From positions 9,445 to 73,444 of the forward strand of contig JAFEGO010000055.1 of assembly GCA_018239845.1 (NCBI GenBank): DNA of 64,000 nt, written 5' to 3'. Source of the DNA: Verrucomicrobiota bacterium. GTDB taxonomy: Bacteria > Verrucomicrobiota > Verrucomicrobiia > Opitutales > Opitutaceae. The position numbers were made by a program, and so were the translations under genes. The number at the start of each line of letters is the position of its first letter. Position 1 is the first letter of the stretch. The notes below the pieces were generated by a model that saw only the letters and a list, made by a program, of their open reading frames with translations, was not told where the DNA came from and did no database searches. Positions 27,610 through 36,139 of this stretch are shown here, piece by piece.

Positions 27610-28083
27610 ATGTCATCCCCCGCTTCCGACCTCTCCGCCCGCGTCACCTTCGCGCCGGTAACCGCCGCCGATTTTGACGAGCTCGTCGAGCTCCGCATCG
27701 CGGCGATGCGCGAGAGCTTGGAACGCGTCGGACGCTTCGATCCGGCCCGCGCGCGTGAGCGGCTGCGCGCCTCGTTTTATCCCGAGCATACGCAGTTCAT
27801 CGTGCTCGACGGCGAGCATGTCGGCTTCAGCACGTTCCGGCCGCAGCCCGACCATTTCCGCCTCGATCATCTCTACGTGCACCCGCGCTGCCAGTCGCTC
27901 GGGATCGGCTCGCACGTCCTGCGCCACCTGCTCGCGCTGTCGGATGCACGCGGCCTGCCCGTGCAGCTCGGCGCTCTCCGCGAAAGCGCCTCGAACCGTT
28001 TCTACCAGCGCCACGGCTTTGTCCAAAGCAGCGAAGATGCGTGGGATATTTATTACGTCCGCGCCCCGCGAGCCCCGGCATAG
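27610..28083 (+). CDS. GNAT family N-acetyltransferase
   Basis: Acetyl-CoA binding motif context LYVHPRCQSLGIGSHVLRHLL...NRFYQRHGF. Confidence 0.85.
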   Translation: MSSPASDLSARVTFAPVTAADFDELVELRIAAMRESLERVGRFDPARARERLRASFYPEHTQFIVLDGEHVGFSTFRPQPDHFRLDHLYVHPRCQSLGIGSHVLRHLLALSDARGLPVQLGALRESASNRFYQRHGFVQSSEDAWDIYYVRAPRAPA

Positions 28084-28134
28084 TGCCGCGCCTCGGCCTT
28101 TGCCTTTTCCCTGCGAGCTGTTCTCCTCGCCGAC

Positions 28135-29094
28135 GTGTCCAGCCACACGACTTCCCTGCCGGCCGGCGGCCCGCCGCGCCTTTGCCAGAACTGCTCCGCG
28201 CCGCTCACCGGCCCCTACTGCGCGCAATGCGGGCAACATGACGTCGATTACCACCGCTCCTTCCATCACCTCACGCACGACCTGCTGGAAAACCTCTTCC
28301 ATTTCGAGGGCAAGTTCTTCGCCTCCGTCGCGTGGCTGCTGGCCCGCCCGGGCCGCCTGACCAACGACTTCATCGCCGGGCGCCGCATCAGCCAGCTCAA
28401 CCCCCTGCGTTTCTACCTCTTCGTCAGCGTGCTGTTTTTCCTCGGGCTCTCGCTGCTGAACCACGGTCACATCCTCGACATCGACCGCCGGGAGCTCGAC
28501 CACCTGCCGATCGAGGCCGAAAAAAACACGCAGGCCGCCGAGCAGCGCGCCGCCGCCGCCCGGCCGCCGGCACCCGAGGGGGCCGCGCCGGCCGCCAAGC
28601 CCGCCAGCAAGCTCACCGTCAACCGCGACAGCGACCTCGGCCGCCGCATCTCCGACAAGCTCATGTCCGGCGCGCTCAAGCCCTCCGAAATCACCGATGC
28701 CATCGAGCATCGCGTGCCTTCGCTGCTCTTTCTCGGGGTGCCGCTCTTCGCCCTGCTGCTCAAGCTGGCCTACTGGCGCCAGCGCCGCTACTACATCGAG
28801 CACCTGATTTTCTCGCTGCACCTGCACACCTGGGGCTTCCTCGTCGCCATGGTCGGCAGCGGCTACCTCCGCCTGGCGGGCTTCGGTCCCGGCTGGCTGG
28901 CCGCCGGGGCGGGCTGGGCCCTCGGGCTCTGGGCCGTCTGGTATCTCCTCGCCTCCTTCCGCGCCGTGTATGCGCAGGGCTGGGGCCGAACCGTACTCAA
29001 GGCCGGCCTGCTCGCCCTGAGCCACGCCTTCATTTTGGCCCTTACAGCCACGCTCCTCGCCCTCGGCACCCTGGCCTGGTTCGCGTTCGAATAA
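28135..29094 (+). CDS. DUF3667 domain membrane protein (zinc-ribbon + multi-TM)
   Basis: GTG start. CQNCSAPLTGPYCAQCGQ zinc ribbon, then LTHDLLENLFHFEGKFF...RPGRLTNDFIAGRR..QLNPLRFYLF and several TM helices. Confidence 0.8.
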   Translation: MSSHTTSLPAGGPPRLCQNCSAPLTGPYCAQCGQHDVDYHRSFHHLTHDLLENLFHFEGKFFASVAWLLARPGRLTNDFIAGRRISQLNPLRFYLFVSVLFFLGLSLLNHGHILDIDRRELDHLPIEAEKNTQAAEQRAAAARPPAPEGAAPAAKPASKLTVNRDSDLGRRISDKLMSGALKPSEITDAIEHRVPSLLFLGVPLFALLLKLAYWRQRRYYIEHLIFSLHLHTWGFLVAMVGSGYLRLAGFGPGWLAAGAGWALGLWAVWYLLASFRAVYAQGWGRTVLKAGLLALSHAFILALTATLLALGTLAWFAFE

Positions 29095-29429
29095 CCCGCC
29101 CGGCCGCAAGATTCCCCGGAACCCACCCCGGGCGGCATAGGACACATGCCCCATCACGTGCAGCCTTGCGCTGCGCGTTTCTGTGTGAGATCGTGTTCCT
29201 TCCTATTGTTCGTAACAGCCCGTCGCCCTGACCAAGCGACGCGCTCTGACTGCTACACCAAGCCATGATCGTTCCCGTAATTCTCTTATTTTTGCTGACG
29301 GCCCTCGTCGCCACCGACGCGGACCCGTCGGGCAGCGCCTGATTTTTTCTAAAGTCCTCAACCGCAGGGGTGTTGCCTGACGACGCCCGCAACCTCCAAC
29401 CGTCCGAAAGGTCGGTCATAGGCTGTTAG

Positions 29430-29498
29430 GTAGTGGCTGCGGCGTCCCGCCGCAGATCCTCATGCATTACGCTCTGCGGCGGGGACGCCGCAGCCACT
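29430..29498. repeat. REPIN, family (G)TAGTGGCTGCGGCGTCCCCGCCGCAG, copy 1
   Basis: Left unit GTAGTGGCTGCGGCGTCCCGCCGCAG, 18-nt spacer, right unit CTGCGGCGGGGACGCCGCAGCCACT. Near-identical copies at 58587-58648 and 59791-59851. Confidence 0.78.
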
Positions 29499-29558
29499 GG
29501 GAACACAGCCAGAACGCGGCCTTCCCATCCGCGAAATTCGCCCTACAGTGGCGGGTCC

Positions 29559-30125
29559 GTGCCGAACGATTCCGAGATCACTCCCGCCGAGCCCAGGCGC
29601 ACCTTCTGGCAGCGCCGCGTGCGCGATCCCATCGTCGCGCAGCTCACCCAGGGCATCACCCCGGAGAAAATCGCCCTGACGGTCGCCATCGGCAGCGCCT
29701 GCGCGCTTTTTCCGCTCCTCGGCTTCACGACCCTGCTCTGCTTCCTCGTCGCCCTGGCCCTGCGCCTCAACCAGCCGATCACCCAGCTGATCAACCAGGC
29801 GCTCTGGCCGCTCCACGTGCCGGCAATCCTGCTCTGCGTACGGGTCGGCGAGGCGATGTTCGGCGTGCCGCATCAGTTGCACTTCGTGCGCGAGATGCAC
29901 CAGGTATGGAACCAGCCGGGCTCCCTGTGGGAACGCCTCTCGACCTTTTTCACCCACTTCGGTCCCACCGCCTGGCACGCCGTCGTGGCGTGGGCGGTGA
30001 TCGCGCCGCTCTACATCATCGCGGTTTACCTGATCCTCAGCCCGATCGTACGCGGCATCGCCCGCATCCGGGCGGAGGCCGCCGCCCAGCCCCCGGCCGT
30101 GCCGCCGGAGCATCCGGTACCGTGA
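29559..30125 (+). CDS. DUF2062 domain membrane protein
   Basis: RRVRDPIVAQLTQGITPEKIALTVAIGSACALFPLLGFTTLLCFLVALALRLNQPI matches the DUF2062 pattern. I place the start at in-frame GTG 29559 because the track start (29433) lies inside the REPIN. The start is uncertain. Confidence 0.68.
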   Translation: MPNDSEITPAEPRRTFWQRRVRDPIVAQLTQGITPEKIALTVAIGSACALFPLLGFTTLLCFLVALALRLNQPITQLINQALWPLHVPAILLCVRVGEAMFGVPHQLHFVREMHQVWNQPGSLWERLSTFFTHFGPTAWHAVVAWAVIAPLYIIAVYLILSPIVRGIARIRAEAAAQPPAVPPEHPVP

Positions 30126-30153
30126 GGAAGGGCGGTTTTGAACCGCCCCGCTT

Positions 30154-33100
30154 TCAACCCGGCAGCTGGAAATGCTCCATCTGCTTTTTCACCTCGCGCA
30201 CGAAGGCCGCGGCGCCCGCGCCGTTGACGACCTTGTGGTCAAAGGTGAGCGAGAGGATCACTGACTCCACCGGGTAGATCACGCCGCCTTCGTTGACCAT
30301 GCGCTCGTGCGCCTGGCCGACGAACAGCGTCGCCACCGAGGGCGGCACCACGATCGGCGTCGCCGCCTCAAGGCCGAAGGCGCCGAGGCTCGTCAGGTTG
30401 AGCGGGGCCTGCACCTCGTTGAGCTTGCCCGCGCGCACGGCCGCGAGCGCCTGCGCGTAGGCCGCGGCCATGCCATGCCAGTCGAGCCGGTTGGCCTGCG
30501 GGACGACGGCGGTCGCGAGCTTGTCGCCCTCGAGGGCGACCGCGATGCCGAGGTCAAAGTCCTGCAATTGCTGGATCACGCCATCGCGCGAGACGATGCG
30601 GCGGAACTCCGCGTGCTTCTCCAGCGCGCGGGTGACGCACCACGCGATCATGAGCGAGGGCGAGTGATCGGTCTTGGCGCGTTTCGCGGCCTCGCGCGCC
30701 TCGCGCAGCGCCTTCCAACGCACGGGCAGCTGCACATTGGCCGGCACCACCGCCGCGAGCCGGCGCGTGATCGCCGCCGAGAGCGCGGGCTCCACGCCCG
30801 GGCCGGCGGACGCACCGGAGGAAACAGAGGGGGCGGAAGGTTTCTGCAACTGCTGCAGGCTCGCGTGCGCCGGTGGCACCGGGGTCGCGTGCGAGGCCGA
30901 GGCGCCGGCCGCCGCGGCGTCGCCCGTGATGAGCGCGATTTCCTGGCCGATCTCCACGGTGTCATCGACCTTCACCTTCCACGCCTTGAACGTGCCGGCG
31001 AACGAGGCCTCGATGGGATAGACGGCCTTGTCGGTCTCCACCTCGCAGAGGACTTCGTCGTGGTTGACCGCGTCGCCGGGCTTTTTGTGCAGCGCGACCA
31101 CGCGGGCCGAGCGCAGGCCCTCACCCATGATCGGGACTTTCAGGGCAATGTCGGTTGGCTCGGGCACGCGCGGATTATGTACCGTCGTCTCCACCGGTGC
31201 GGAAGCCGAAACGCTCGGCGCGGCCGCGGGCTTCAGCGCCAGCGGCGGCGTGCTGTCCACGCGCTCCAGCGTGATACCCGCCGCCCGGCGCAGCGCGGCG
31301 ACGATCCGCGGCGTGTCGGGCAGCGCGGCGTATTCGTAAATGGGATTGTAGCCGATCATCACGTTGCCCTTCGACACCAGGATCGGCGGGCTGACCAGGC
31401 GGCCCCACACGTCGGGCCGGCCCGCGATGTGCGAGACGATCATCTGGCCAACGGAGCAGTTCTCCGTATCCTCCTGCACGACGACGAGGCGGCCGGTCTT
31501 GCGCACCGACTCCTCGATCATCTCGTGGTCCCATGGCACGATCGAACGCAGGTCGATCAGCTCGACGCTCAGCTCCGCGCCGATCTGCGCCACGGCCTCG
31601 CGGGCTTTTTCCATGGTATTGCCCCACGCCACGAGGGTCACATCGCTACCCGCAGCGCACAGCCGGGCGTGGCCGATCGGCACCGACATCACCGGCGCGG
31701 CGATCTCGTGCTCGGCCCACAGGAGGTGTTTCGGCGCGAGGAAGATCACGGGGTCCTCCGCGTGCATCGCCGTCCACATCAGGCCCGCCGCGTCCTCCGG
31801 TGTGCTGGGGATGACGACGCTGAGCCCCGGGAAATGCGCGATGGCCGACTCGTTGGCCTGCGAGTGCCAGAGCGAACCGCCCGGCAGGTAGGCGCCGTAG
31901 GGCGCGTACAGCACGACCGGGCACGTCCACTGGCCGTAGGTGCGCCAGCGGAGCGTCGCGAGATTGGTCACGAGCTGGTTCCAACCCGGGTAGATGAAGT
32001 CGATGAACTGCACCTCGAAGACCGGGCGCTTGCCGTAGCTCGCGAGGCCGCAGGCCACACCGAGGATGGTGGACTCCGCGAGCGGCGAGTTGAACACCTG
32101 CTGCGGGAAATCGGTCGAGAGCTTTTGCGTGAGGCGGAAGACGCCGCCTTTAGGATCTTCCACGTCCTCGCCGAAGATCACGCGGCCCGCGTCGGACTTG
32201 AGCCCGGCGCGGAGGGTGAGGTTGATCACGTCGCCCATGCGGTACTTGCCGGGCTGCAGCACCTGCTCGTCGAGCGCGGCGGGGGGCGAGGAGACGTTGT
32301 CCTCGAGTTCGTTGGCCACGGGATTTTCCGCGGCCTCGGCCTGCTGGTAGGCCTCGCGCACGCGCTGCTTCGTCTCCTGCTCGAGCTGCGCGTAGGCCTC
32401 CTCGGTCAGCTCGCCCTCGGCGATGAGCTGGTTTTTCAGCTGCACGAGCGGATCGCGCGCCGCGAAGCTCGCGAGGTCGGCCTTGCTGCGGTAGATCGCC
32501 TGGTCGTCGGAGCTCGTGTGACTCGAGAGCCGCTCCAGCTTCACCCAGAGCAGCACCGGGCCCCGGCCCGCGCGGATGTCGGCGAGCGCCTGCTCCGCCG
32601 TGTGGTACACGGCCTCGACGTCCCAGCCATCGACGCTGCGCCATTGGTCCTCGTTGAGGACGTGGAGCGCGCGGGGGGTCATGCCGCGGGTCGGCGTGCT
32701 GATGCCAAAGCCGTTGTCCTCGACGATCAGGAGCATGGGCAGCCGGCGCTCCTGCGCAAAGCACACCGCCTCGTAAAAATCGCCCTGCCGGGTCGCCGCG
32801 TCGCCGACTGAGGTGACCACGAGGCTTTTCTTCCCGTCGAGCTGCATGCCCCAGGCCATGCCACAGGCGGGCAGGAGTTGCGCGCCGGTCGGCGTGGGCA
32901 CGCTCCAGATGTTGCGCTCGCGATAGCTGTAGTGCGACGGCATCTGCCGGCCGCGCGAGGACGAGTCGCGCTTCGCCATGTAGTCGAGCGCGAGCTGGGG
33001 GGTCGTCACCCCGCGCCCGAGCACGAGGCCGCGGTCGCGGTAGTACGGCACGAGGTAGTCGTCGCGCTCCAGCTGCACCCCGATGGCGGCCAGCGCCTCA

Positions 33101-33240
33101 TGCCCGCGGCCCGAGACATGGAAATGTCCCTTGCCCTGGCGGTTGAGGTTTTCTTCGCGGAGGTCGCCGTGTCGGCTTTCGAGGATGGTTTGGAGGAGGC
33201 GGTGCTTCAGTTTCCGGGGCAGCGAGGCAAGCGTTGGCAT
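30154..33240 (-). CDS. fused 2-oxoacid dehydrogenase: E1 alpha + E1 beta + lipoyl domain + E2 acyltransferase in one polypeptide (1028 aa)
   Basis: TPP motif GDAATRQGDFYEAVCFAQERRLPMLLIVEDNGFGIS; E1-beta block FNSPLAESTILGVACGLASYGKRPVFEVQFIDFIYPG; lipoyl motif LCEVETDKAVYPIEA; E2 catalytic motif LSLTFDHKVVNGAGAAAF. Start placed at ATG 33238-33240 (MPTLASLPRKLKHRLL). The upstream 78 codons of the track ORF look non-coding. Confidence 0.87.
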   Translation of the reverse strand: MPTLASLPRKLKHRLLQTILESRHGDLREENLNRQGKGHFHVSGRGHEALAAIGVQLERDDYLVPYYRDRGLVLGRGVTTPQLALDYMAKRDSSSRGRQMPSHYSYRERNIWSVPTPTGAQLLPACGMAWGMQLDGKKSLVVTSVGDAATRQGDFYEAVCFAQERRLPMLLIVEDNGFGISTPTRGMTPRALHVLNEDQWRSVDGWDVEAVYHTAEQALADIRAGRGPVLLWVKLERLSSHTSSDDQAIYRSKADLASFAARDPLVQLKNQLIAEGELTEEAYAQLEQETKQRVREAYQQAEAAENPVANELEDNVSSPPAALDEQVLQPGKYRMGDVINLTLRAGLKSDAGRVIFGEDVEDPKGGVFRLTQKLSTDFPQQVFNSPLAESTILGVACGLASYGKRPVFEVQFIDFIYPGWNQLVTNLATLRWRTYGQWTCPVVLYAPYGAYLPGGSLWHSQANESAIAHFPGLSVVIPSTPEDAAGLMWTAMHAEDPVIFLAPKHLLWAEHEIAAPVMSVPIGHARLCAAGSDVTLVAWGNTMEKAREAVAQIGAELSVELIDLRSIVPWDHEMIEESVRKTGRLVVVQEDTENCSVGQMIVSHIAGRPDVWGRLVSPPILVSKGNVMIGYNPIYEYAALPDTPRIVAALRRAAGITLERVDSTPPLALKPAAAPSVSASAPVETTVHNPRVPEPTDIALKVPIMGEGLRSARVVALHKKPGDAVNHDEVLCEVETDKAVYPIEASFAGTFKAWKVKVDDTVEIGQEIALITGDAAAAGASASHATPVPPAHASLQQLQKPSAPSVSSGASAGPGVEPALSAAITRRLAAVVPANVQLPVRWKALREAREAAKRAKTDHSPSLMIAWCVTRALEKHAEFRRIVSRDGVIQQLQDFDLGIAVALEGDKLATAVVPQANRLDWHGMAAAYAQALAAVRAGKLNEVQAPLNLTSLGAFGLEAATPIVVPPSVATLFVGQAHERMVNEGGVIYPVESVILSLTFDHKVVNGAGAAAFVREVKKQMEHFQLPG

Positions 33241-33485
33241 GGGACTCCTGTGACTGGAGTTGCGGTTTTTTGTTGGCGGAAAACTCGCCCAAAAATCCGG
33301 CCGAGGCAATGCGTTTCCCGCGCCCCCGCGACGCCTGACCGGATGACCCGGACTCTTTCCCATTGACAATCTATGGGAGAGACGGATTTGTTCCTGCCCG
33401 CCCGCCAGACCGGGCCAGATCAACCTTGCGCGGCCGCTTCCGCGCCTTTTGTATTTCGATAGAACTACACCCATACCGCCGCCCC

Positions 33486-34013
33486 ATGAGCCACTTGTCC
33501 CGCCGCCCCTTCGTCGCCTCGCTCGCCTTTGTCCTCCTCGCCGGCCTTGCCGCCCTGCTCGGCGGCTGTGTTACCCAGCCGGTGGAGGGCCGCGACTACA
33601 TGGCCCCGGCGCCAGGTATCAAGCCGACGGCGACGATATTGGGCGCCGCATCGAAGGACGGGTCGTTTTTCGGCGGCAGCGAGTCCGCCTACGTGCTCAT
33701 GGTGGACTACCTGACTGTCCTCAATGCCGCCGAAAGCGCCGGCAAACCCCTCCTGCTTGAGGCCGGCTCGCATCACATCACCTGCGAGTACCGCTACTCC
33801 AACTTCGTCTCCCGGGCCACGTTCAAGCTGAACGTCGCACCCGGCGCCGCCTATCAGCTCAAGTACGAGACCAGCGCCGATTCCGCCACCGACCGGCGCT
33901 TCTGCGATTTCTGGATCGTCGACACCGCCAGCGGCGCCACCGTCGGCGCTCGCCAGCGCCAGCAGGTCTCCGGCGGCCGGTCCAAATCCTCCTCGCTCTT
34001 CCGTCCCGAATGA
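33486..34013 (+). CDS. hypothetical lipoprotein
   Basis: Internal ATG 33486 gives MSHLSRRPFVASLAFVLLAGLAALLGGC (lipobox). 175 aa, no recognised family. Confidence 0.62.
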   Translation: MSHLSRRPFVASLAFVLLAGLAALLGGCVTQPVEGRDYMAPAPGIKPTATILGAASKDGSFFGGSESAYVLMVDYLTVLNAAESAGKPLLLEAGSHHITCEYRYSNFVSRATFKLNVAPGAAYQLKYETSADSATDRRFCDFWIVDTASGATVGARQRQQVSGGRSKSSSLFRPE

Positions 34014-34097
34014 CCGGGCCGGCGATCTGTTACCGTCGCCTGATTGACAAGCGGAAGGCGGCGGGCACGGTCTTGGCCGCAACGGCACCCGTCCCCC

Positions 34098-34424
34098 ATG
34101 CCTAAAACCGAACTGCTTCAGGGCACCCTCGACATGCTCATCCTGCGCGTCCTCAGCGCGGGCTCGCAGCATGGTTGGGGCATCGCGCAACGTATCGCCG
34201 TCCTCTCGCAGGACGCGCTCAGGGTGGAGGAAGGCTCCCTCTATCCCTGCCTCTACCGCATGGAGCAGAAGGGTTGGATCGATTCCGAGTGGGGCCAGTC
34301 CGAGAACAACCGCCGGGCCAAGTTCTACACGCTGACCAAGGCCGGCCGGAAACAGCTCGAGAGCGAGCGCGAAAACTGGGCTGTCCTCTGCACCGCCATC
34401 GGGCAGGTCATGGGTCCGCCCTGA
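34098..34424 (+). CDS. PadR family transcriptional regulator (copy 1)
   Basis: MPKTELLQGTLDMLILRVL...HGWGIAQRI...EGSLYPCLYRMEQKGWIDSEWGQSENNRRAKFYTLTKAGRKQL is a canonical PadR winged helix. Confidence 0.88.
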   Translation: MPKTELLQGTLDMLILRVLSAGSQHGWGIAQRIAVLSQDALRVEEGSLYPCLYRMEQKGWIDSEWGQSENNRRAKFYTLTKAGRKQLESERENWAVLCTAIGQVMGPP

Positions 34425-34430
34425 CCCCGC

Positions 34431-35230
34431 ATGCGGCTCTGGCGCGAGATCCGTTTCCGTTTCCGCGCACTCTTTTGCAAGCGCGCCCTTGAGGCGGAGA
34501 TGGCCGAGGAGATCAGCGAGCACCTCGCGCGTCTGACCGACGCCGGCCTCGCCGCCGGGCTTTCGCCCAAGGAGGCCCGCCTGGCCGCCCTGAAACAGTT
34601 CGGCGGCGTCGAGCAGATCAAGGAGACCGCCCGCGACCAGCGCGGCGTAGCCGCCGTCGAACACATCGTGGCTGATTTTGGCTACGGCCTGCGCCAGCTG
34701 CGCAAGGCTCCGGGATTCGCCGTCATTGCCATCCTGACCGTGGCCATCGGCATCGGCGCCACCACCGCGATCTTCAGCGTGGTCAACGCCGTCGTCCTCC
34801 GCCCGCTCGCTTACCCCTACCCGGGGCAGCTCGTCACCCTCGCGGCGGCCGGGCCGCCCGACTTCCTGCTCCGTCGCGTCACGCCGGCCGTGTACTTCGA
34901 GCTCCGGCGCTCCGCGCGCCGCTTCCAGAGCTTCACCGCTTGGGAGAACTCGTTCGCCAATGTCACCGGCCTCGCCTACGCCCAGCGCCGGCTGGTCCGC
35001 TCCGTCACCCCCAACTATCTCGCGATGCACGGCGTTTCGCCTCTCCTTGGCCGCGGGTTCCAGCCCGGCGACACGGCGCCCGGCGCGCATGGCGTCGCAA
35101 TCCTCGGCTATGAATTCTGGCTCACCCAGTTCGGCGCCCAGGCCGGGGCCGTCGGCCGCACCCTGGAGGTCAACGGCCAGCCTTGCACAGTCATCGGCGT
35201 GATGCCGCGTGGCTTTCCCATCGGCAGCGC
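34431..35230 (+). pseudogene. truncated ADOP-family (FtsX/MacB-type) ABC permease, N-terminal ~265 aa only
   Basis: Collinear with the intact paralog at 36235-38871 (MRLWREIRFRFRALF...EMAEEISEHL...GLSPKEARLAAL..FGGVEQIKE...LRKAPGFAVIAILTVAIGIGATTAIFSVVNAVVLRPLAYP...VIGVMPRGF). Similarity is lost after about nt 35220. The rest of the open frame to 35693 is antisense to another gene remnant. Confidence 0.7.
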
Positions 35231-35240
35231 CGTGGACCGC

Positions 35241-35549
35241 CGGCAGCGTGAACTGGCTGAGCGAATCCAGAAACACCAGCGGTTCCATGAAGCCGTTCCA
35301 ACTCCCGATGAAGGTGAAGATCGCAAGCGTCGCCAATGCCGGCCGGGCGGAGGGCAAAATCACGTGCCAGAAGATTCGCCACCGTCCGCACCCTTCCATG
35401 CTCGCGGCTTCCTCCAGTTCCACCGGGATGTCGCGGAAAAACTGGCTCAGCAGGAACACGCCGAACGCGCTCGCCGTCGCCGGGAAAATCAGCGCCAGCG
35501 GCGTGTCGATGAGCCCCCGCTTCAGGATCCGGTACACCGGCACCAGCAT
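35241..35549 (-). pseudogene. remnant of a carbohydrate ABC transporter permease (MalG/BPD_transp_1 type), internal fragment
   Basis: Minus strand reads MLVPVYRILKRGLIDTPLALIFPATASAFGVFLLSQFFRDIPVELEEAASMEGCGRWRIFWHVILPSARPALATLAIFTFIGSWNGFMEPLVFLDSLSQFTLP. This holds the EAA-loop signature of sugar ABC permeases but lacks the N-terminal TM helices and the C-terminus. It abuts the truncated ADOP permease. Confidence 0.65.
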
Positions 35550-35783
35550 TGTCTCCTGATCCTACGCCATAAAGCCGTGACAAAACCGAAGCGTGACTTA
35601 CCCCCGGCTCTGCCTGCCGCGCACACCCCGCCAACAAGGCCAGGACCAGCATTGCGCCACAACAGCGCCAAAAATTCATGCGGGGTATCATGAAATCAAC
35701 TCCAAGGCAGTCCACGCCTTCCGCCTTGGCGACAGTATTCTTCCGAATAAACACCGCACGCGCTTTGGCTTGACGCCTCTCTT

Positions 35784-35800
35784 TCCTAGATCATCTAGGA
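35784..35800. promoter_or_regulatory. perfect 17-bp palindrome TCCTAGATCATCTAGGA upstream of PadR copy 2 (candidate PadR operator)
   Basis: Lies 6 nt upstream of ATG 35807 and downstream of a TTGACG hexamer (35770-35775). Confidence 0.4.
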
Positions 35801-35806
35801 GAGACC

Positions 35807-36139
35807 ATGCCCAAGGCCAAACCCGACCTCCTGCAGGGCACGCTCGACCTGCTGATCCTGAACGCCCTGCAACGCGGCCCGATCCACGGCTTCGGCATTT
35901 CCGTGGCGATCCGCGCCACCTCCCGCGAGGCGCTGCGCGTCGAGCAGGGTTCGCTCTACCCCGCGCTCTACCGCCTCGAGGAGCAGGGCTGGATCCGCGC
36001 CGAGTGGGGCGTCTCCGACAACAACCGCAAGGCCCGCTTCTATTCGCTCACCGCCGCCGGCCGCCGCCAGCTCGCCGTCGAAGTTTCCCACTGGGAGCAG
36101 CTTTCCTCCGCCATCAATCTCGTGCTGAAGGCGACCTGA
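35807..36139 (+). CDS. PadR family transcriptional regulator (copy 2)
   Basis: [33 protein letters not shown]...[43 protein letters not shown]. Confidence 0.9.
   Translation: MPKAKPDLLQGTLDLLILNALQRGPIHGFGISVAIRATSREALRVEQGSLYPALYRLEEQGWIRAEWGVSDNNRKARFYSLTAAGRRQLAVEVSHWEQLSSAINLVLKAT

Noticed and set aside
22188-28360. Antisense or overlapping ORFs such as 22188-23432 (414 aa), 23696-24826 (376 aa), 24031-25131 (366 aa), 26010-27416 (468 aa), 26089-27456 (455 aa) and 27613-29157 (514 aa)
   Set aside because: These are shadow frames of the sigma/anti-sigma/DUF4097, heparinase, GNAT and DUF3667 genes. They have no motifs and overlap better-supported genes along their full length.
29433-29558. 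Track start of the DUF2062 ORF at 29433
   Set aside because: The first 42 codons run through the REPIN and a Pro/Arg/Ser-rich stretch. The conserved DUF2062 region begins after in-frame GTG 29559.
30307-32811. 834-aa plus-strand ORF opposite the E1-E2 fusion gene, and comparable ORFs 37489-38880, 39221-41041, 43747-44907, 45130-46530, 46516-47760, 47694-49301, 52029-53846, 53648-54604, 54989-56146, 57304-58866, 59743-61611, 61014-62333 and 62370-63893
   Set aside because: All are antisense to or frame-shifted over genes with clear homology, with low-complexity Arg/Gly/Ala/Glu composition. They are treated as high-G+C artefacts.
33465-35549. 694-aa minus-strand ORF
   Set aside because: Only its first ~100 codons (35549 down to about 35241) look like real protein (a sugar ABC permease fragment). 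The remainder is antisense to the truncated permease, PadR copy 1 and the lipoprotein gene, so it is annotated only as a pseudogene fragment.
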